DNA from: Selaginella moellendorffii
Lineage: Eukaryota; Plantae; Lycopodiophyta
Length of the DNA: 64,000 bases
Direction: 5' to 3'
NCBI RefSeq assembly: GCF_000143415.4
Contig: NW_003314293.1
Span: forward strand, 589,763 to 653,762
How positions within the stretch are numbered: the stretch's first letter is position 1; each line of letters begins with the position of its first letter. A program made the translations under genes and the position numbers. Below are positions 60,340-64,000 of the stretch, in pieces. Below the pieces are notes generated by a model that was not told where the DNA came from, made no database searches, and was given only the letters and a program-made list of their open reading frames with translations.

Positions 60340-60600
60340 CAGGCCAATTCTCATATTAAAAATTTCATATAGAGTGAGGTAGTCAGCTATTTCTTCAGTG
60401 AGTAGATTACATACATCATACAAACACATATCTAAATCCTGTCAATACTGTATAATTATGGTGCTTCTCACATTAGAGGACATTATTGTTACATGATTAA
60501 TATCTTGGAGATAAACTTAGAAGAAACTTTGATTGAAAATATGCCCTTTGAGCCGAGCTAGCTAACTGTAAGATATAATTTGTAGAATATACTATAGATC
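60340..60600 (+). pseudogene. AT-decayed duplicate of the 3' end of the 56282-58220 PPR gene
   Basis: CATTAGAGGACATTATTGTTACATGATT...TTGATTGAAAATATGCCCTTTGAGCCGAGC matches 58076-58177 (CATTAGAGAGCACTACTGCTGCATGATT...TTGATCGAAAAGATGCCCTTTGAGCCAAGC). Confidence 0.75.
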
Positions 60601-60963
60601 ATAACACTTCTAAGGAATTATTAGCTATGCTGGCCTAAATAAAATTAAATAGATGTTTTAGTGTGATAGAGAAATATGGAAAATACACACACATAAAAAA
60701 CTTAATAGAAGGAAATTTTCCAATTTTCTGGGAAGATTTATATGATCCAATGAGGTGATAGCACAGCTCTCAGAATGTGGAGCAGCATTGGTGGAACCAC
60801 GGCAGACACAAGAGGACAATCCAAAACCAGCTGCTGTGGGATGAATTGGCCCTTAAAAGATGGCTAAAAATTACCATAAGATCCAAGATTCTAAGATTCA
60901 AGATGTTTAACCCCTAGAAAGTAAAATAAATGCTTAAGCTTGTTTCCATATTAGGGTTCGTCC

Positions 60964-61901
60964 ATGGCCGGTGATTGCTGGGTCGCTTGTGTTGGCGGTG
61001 ACAACACGAGCTGGGCCAAATGCCGCGTGAATCAGCGGCAGCAGCTGCTGCATTGGGTGGAGGCGGGGCGAAATTTCTTCCACTGGCTTGTTGCGCCCGA
61101 GGAGGATCGGCGATGGAAAGGTGTGCATTTCGCCAGGATCGCTGGCGACAAATCCCTGATCGGCACCGGCGAGTCCCTGATTGCCACTGGCAAGTCCCTG
61201 ATCGCCACTAGCGATTCCCTTCCGCAAAAATCTAGCGCAATTGAGCCGTTGCCACTGGATGATTACGATGTGAGTCTGTAAGTGCCAGCCACTCTTCTCT
61301 CTATCGTTCTCAGTTGGAATTAAACTTCCAGGAGCTACAACCGGATTTAACTTCGCTACAATCTCCTGTGACAAGAGAAGATCTGGGACGAGCTACATGG
61401 ACTTTTCTTCACAGTCTCGCAGCTCAGGTATATTGGATCCCCCGAATTTCTTTGCTCTTCCGAACGAAAGTTTCTTTGGATTTGCAGTATCCAGATAAGC
61501 CAACACGACAGCAGCAAAAGGACGTGCGAGAGCTTATGGCGATCATCTCGAGAATGTATCCTTGCAAAGAATGCGCGGATCATTTCAAAGAAGTGCTCAA
61601 GTAAGCTAGAGCTTTTACTTCGCTGTTAAAAGTCTTTCTTTTTTTCTTTTTTCCTGTGTAGATCGAATCCTGTCCGCGCTAACTCTGGCGTGGATCTATC
61701 GCAGTGGATGTGTCGAGTACACAACATTGTCAATAGAAGGTAGAGAGTATCTGAAAGTTCTTGGTTTTGCATAACAATTTTGATGCGCACAGTCTTGGAA
61801 AGCCTCAATTTTCTTGCGAGCGTGTGGATGCGAGATGGGGTGCGCTCCACTGCGACGGCGCTTGTGATGTTCATGGCCGCCTACACAGCATGAAGAGCTG
61901 A
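60964..61901 (+). CDS. ERV1: FAD-linked sulfhydryl oxidase Erv1/ALR (5 exons)
   Basis: PVTREDLGRATWTFLHSLAAQ|YPDKPT...YPCKECADHF...|...WMCRVHNIVNR|SLGKPQFSCERVDARWGALHCDGAC, containing the redox CxxC, CX16C and C-terminal shuttle cysteines. Confidence 0.93.
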
Positions 61902-61903
61902 TC

Positions 61904-62878
61904 TTACGTCGCCCTGAGGTCTAGTATATCAAGCAAATGGTTTTCAATGTCTTTTGGAGAGCTCCAGAGATGGAGGTTGGCTTTGAAAATCTCACGATTG
62001 TTCTCTATATGCTTTGCCAGGGGAAATCTATAGCCAGAAACGAGAAGGAAAGTTAAAAGCATGAGTTGTTCGATCAACTTACTCGACTCGAGCAAGAAGA
62101 TGGTCGTTTACTTTGAGCCGCAGAGAAGGGCAGATATCTCCTCGACCATCTCCAATGTAAACTACTCGATTTTCAGCTGGTTTGGAGCTGAGAATTCTAT
62201 CGAGAATAAGACCCTGGAATTGAAAAAGAATTGGAAAACGAAGAAGAAAGAACTTTGTATGTATTTAGGCCTACCTTGCACATATTTGGAGGACAAATCA
62301 AGCAACCATGAGGAACTTCGGAAGATTGATACGGCCGGACTCTAAGCAGGCCATGATCGTCAAGACTCGCGGGATTTGTGTGAATCTCGGAGAAGAATCG
62401 AGTGAGATTGAAATTGTCGAGGATAGTTTGGATGAAAAGCGTGTTGGCATCGCTAATAATCTGGAGCTCGTATCTGCAAGAAGTTGGATCTTAGAACTTA
62501 TAGAGTGGATCAAGGCAAAGTTCCCGAAAGAACTAAGTTTATAAGAACGAATCTCACCCAGCTGCTGCTACTGCTCTGATGGCTCTCGACATGGAGGAAT
62601 CGAGCGGGATTGTTCGCAAGCTCGCTTCGATCTCGGCTAGAGTTCTTCCTCGAGACATGATCTCCACCATCATAGTATCCTGCCAAGAACAAGAGAGAAA
62701 GTTCTTGACAGACAGGAGAGAAGAAAGAATTCATCGTTACCATTAGATCCGTCCAAGGGAGACTTCTTCGCAAAGAACGCATTAGATCCGAAGCGCCCAT
62801 TTGCTCCACCACGAATGTATCACTGTTACAATTGATGAGGCTCCAGTCGAAATCAAACACCACAATGGAGCTCGCCAT
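61904..62878 (-). CDS. HAD-superfamily PHOSPHO1/PECP1/PS2-type phosphatase (about 5 exons)
   Basis: VVFDFDWSLINCNSD, IISDANTLFI...IHTNPA, HGCLICPPNMCK|G and VVYIGDGRGDICP. Confidence 0.92.
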
Positions 62879-62972
62879 GGCCTCGAGAGAAGCTCTCGAG
62901 AACTAGTCTACTGAGATTATTCGAAGAGAATCTTCCTTCCTTATATTTGGGTTTAGGGTTTTTTGGGCATCA
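62879..62972. promoter_or_regulatory. Compact bidirectional promoter region with a telo-box
   Basis: Only 94 bp separate the divergent ATGs. TTAGGGTTT at 62953-62961. Confidence 0.55.
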
Positions 62973-64000
62973 ATGCTCGTTGCCGCCACTCCGGGATCGT
63001 TCGCGCTCTCCCGATTGCTCGCCGCGAGGCTGCATTGCGCGCGATTCGCACCGCGCTGCTCGATGTGCGCGCTGCCGGACGCTGCCGCGAGGAAGCGGAA
63101 GAGGATGGATGTCGAAATTCGCGACACGGTGAAGCTAAGCGCCGAGGAGGAGAAGATCTTTGACAGGCTCCTGGCGGTCGAGCGGCATTTCGGCCTAGGA
63201 ACGCAGCTGCGCGTCGCCGGCGGATGGGTTCGTGACAAGGTGAGAGATTCTAGTCCCAAACGAAGAAAATTGGTTTGATTCTCGTGTTCTTCCAGCTCCT
63301 AGGGAAGGATTGCTACGATATCGATATTGCGCTGGACAACATGCTTGGTCGCGATTTCTGCGAGAAGGTGAACGAGTATTTGAAGAGCATTGGCGAGGAG
63401 ACGAAGAGCGTGGGAGTGATACTGAGGTAAGCGTCTATAAGTTTTTCATGGAGACAACCTTTTCTGTCCTTTTGTTTCCCTCCCAGCAATCCTGATCAGT
63501 CGAAGCATCTAGAGACTGCAAGAATGAAAATCGAAGATGTTTGGGTTGATTTCGTCAACCTTCGAGCAGAGACATATGCTGATGATAGCCGGATCCCTTC
63601 TACCATGGTAAGAATGCTGCTTTTCGAGTCCTTGTATCTTTTGCTTCTGGCTACAGGAATTTGGAACTCCCAAGCAGGACGCAGAGCGCAGGGACCTGAC
63701 GATAAACAGGTAAACTTCGTCCCAACTTACAGCGACCTGACTTCCAATTTGGCAGTCTGTTCTACAACATCAACACTGGGCACGTTGAGGACCACACGGA
63801 TAGAGGCAAGTGTGTTTTTAGCTGCAAATCGGAAACTCCATTTATTCCCACTCTCAGGTCTTCGGGACTTAAAGGTCGGAGTAATCGCAACACCGCTTGA
63901 GCCACACGTAACCTTTCTCGACGATCCGCTGCGTGTCCTGAGATCTGTTCGATTTGGTAAGAATGTTGTTTGATACTTCAATATTTATCTCGGGAAGCAA
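62973..64000 (+). CDS. tRNA nucleotidyltransferase (CCA-adding enzyme), 5' part, runs off the window
   Basis: LRVAGGWVRDK|LLG...DIDIALDNM, NPDQSKHLETA, VDFVNLRAETY, FGTPKQDAERRDLTIN SLFYN and TFLDDPLRVLRSVRF. Confidence 0.95.

Noticed and set aside
29339-64000. Apparent functional cluster of organellar genes (uL30, NFS1, ERV1, PPRs, CCA)
   Set aside because: They are interspersed with unrelated genes and share no visible regulatory signature, so chance linkage in a compact genome is sufficient.

Overview
This is eukaryotic plant nuclear DNA. Very short introns (about 45-70 nt), PPR proteins built from long runs of 31-aa short repeats and a microbial-type terpene synthase relic suggest a lycophyte such as Selaginella (inference). 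Layout: (1) 1-11.1 kb is a nest of minus-strand LTR elements from one family (TG...CA LTRs of about 1.2 kb, Met-tRNA PBS, PPT, no pol recognisable by eye) interleaved with an older Ty3/gypsy pol fragment. (2) 11.1-18.9 kb is a mosaic of unrelated broken gene pieces: an F-box pseudogene, a NOM1/Sgd1-like exon, a microbial-type terpene synthase C-terminal half, a microbial-type kinase fragment and a 3-copy repeat. (3) 19-64 kb is gene-dense: farnesyltransferase beta (ERA1), a Lys-rich GPI-anchored AGP with an unusual pro-domain, mitochondrial uL30, NFS1, a TPR protein, a TRM/LONGIFOLIA protein, a GT47 exostosin, three PLS-class PPR genes (one DYW), HMGB, ERV1, a PECP1/PS2-type phosphatase and the start of a CCA-adding enzyme. 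The strongest leads are a pristine 980-bp Pack-MULE (96-bp perfect TIRs, 9-bp TSD) carrying intron-containing LRR-receptor fragments, and an intact, intronless, extremely AT-rich secreted protein (unknown domain plus bulb-type mannose lectin). The latter lies inside a direct duplication of the PPR-end/ERV1-start junction. All calls were made by eye, without database searches.
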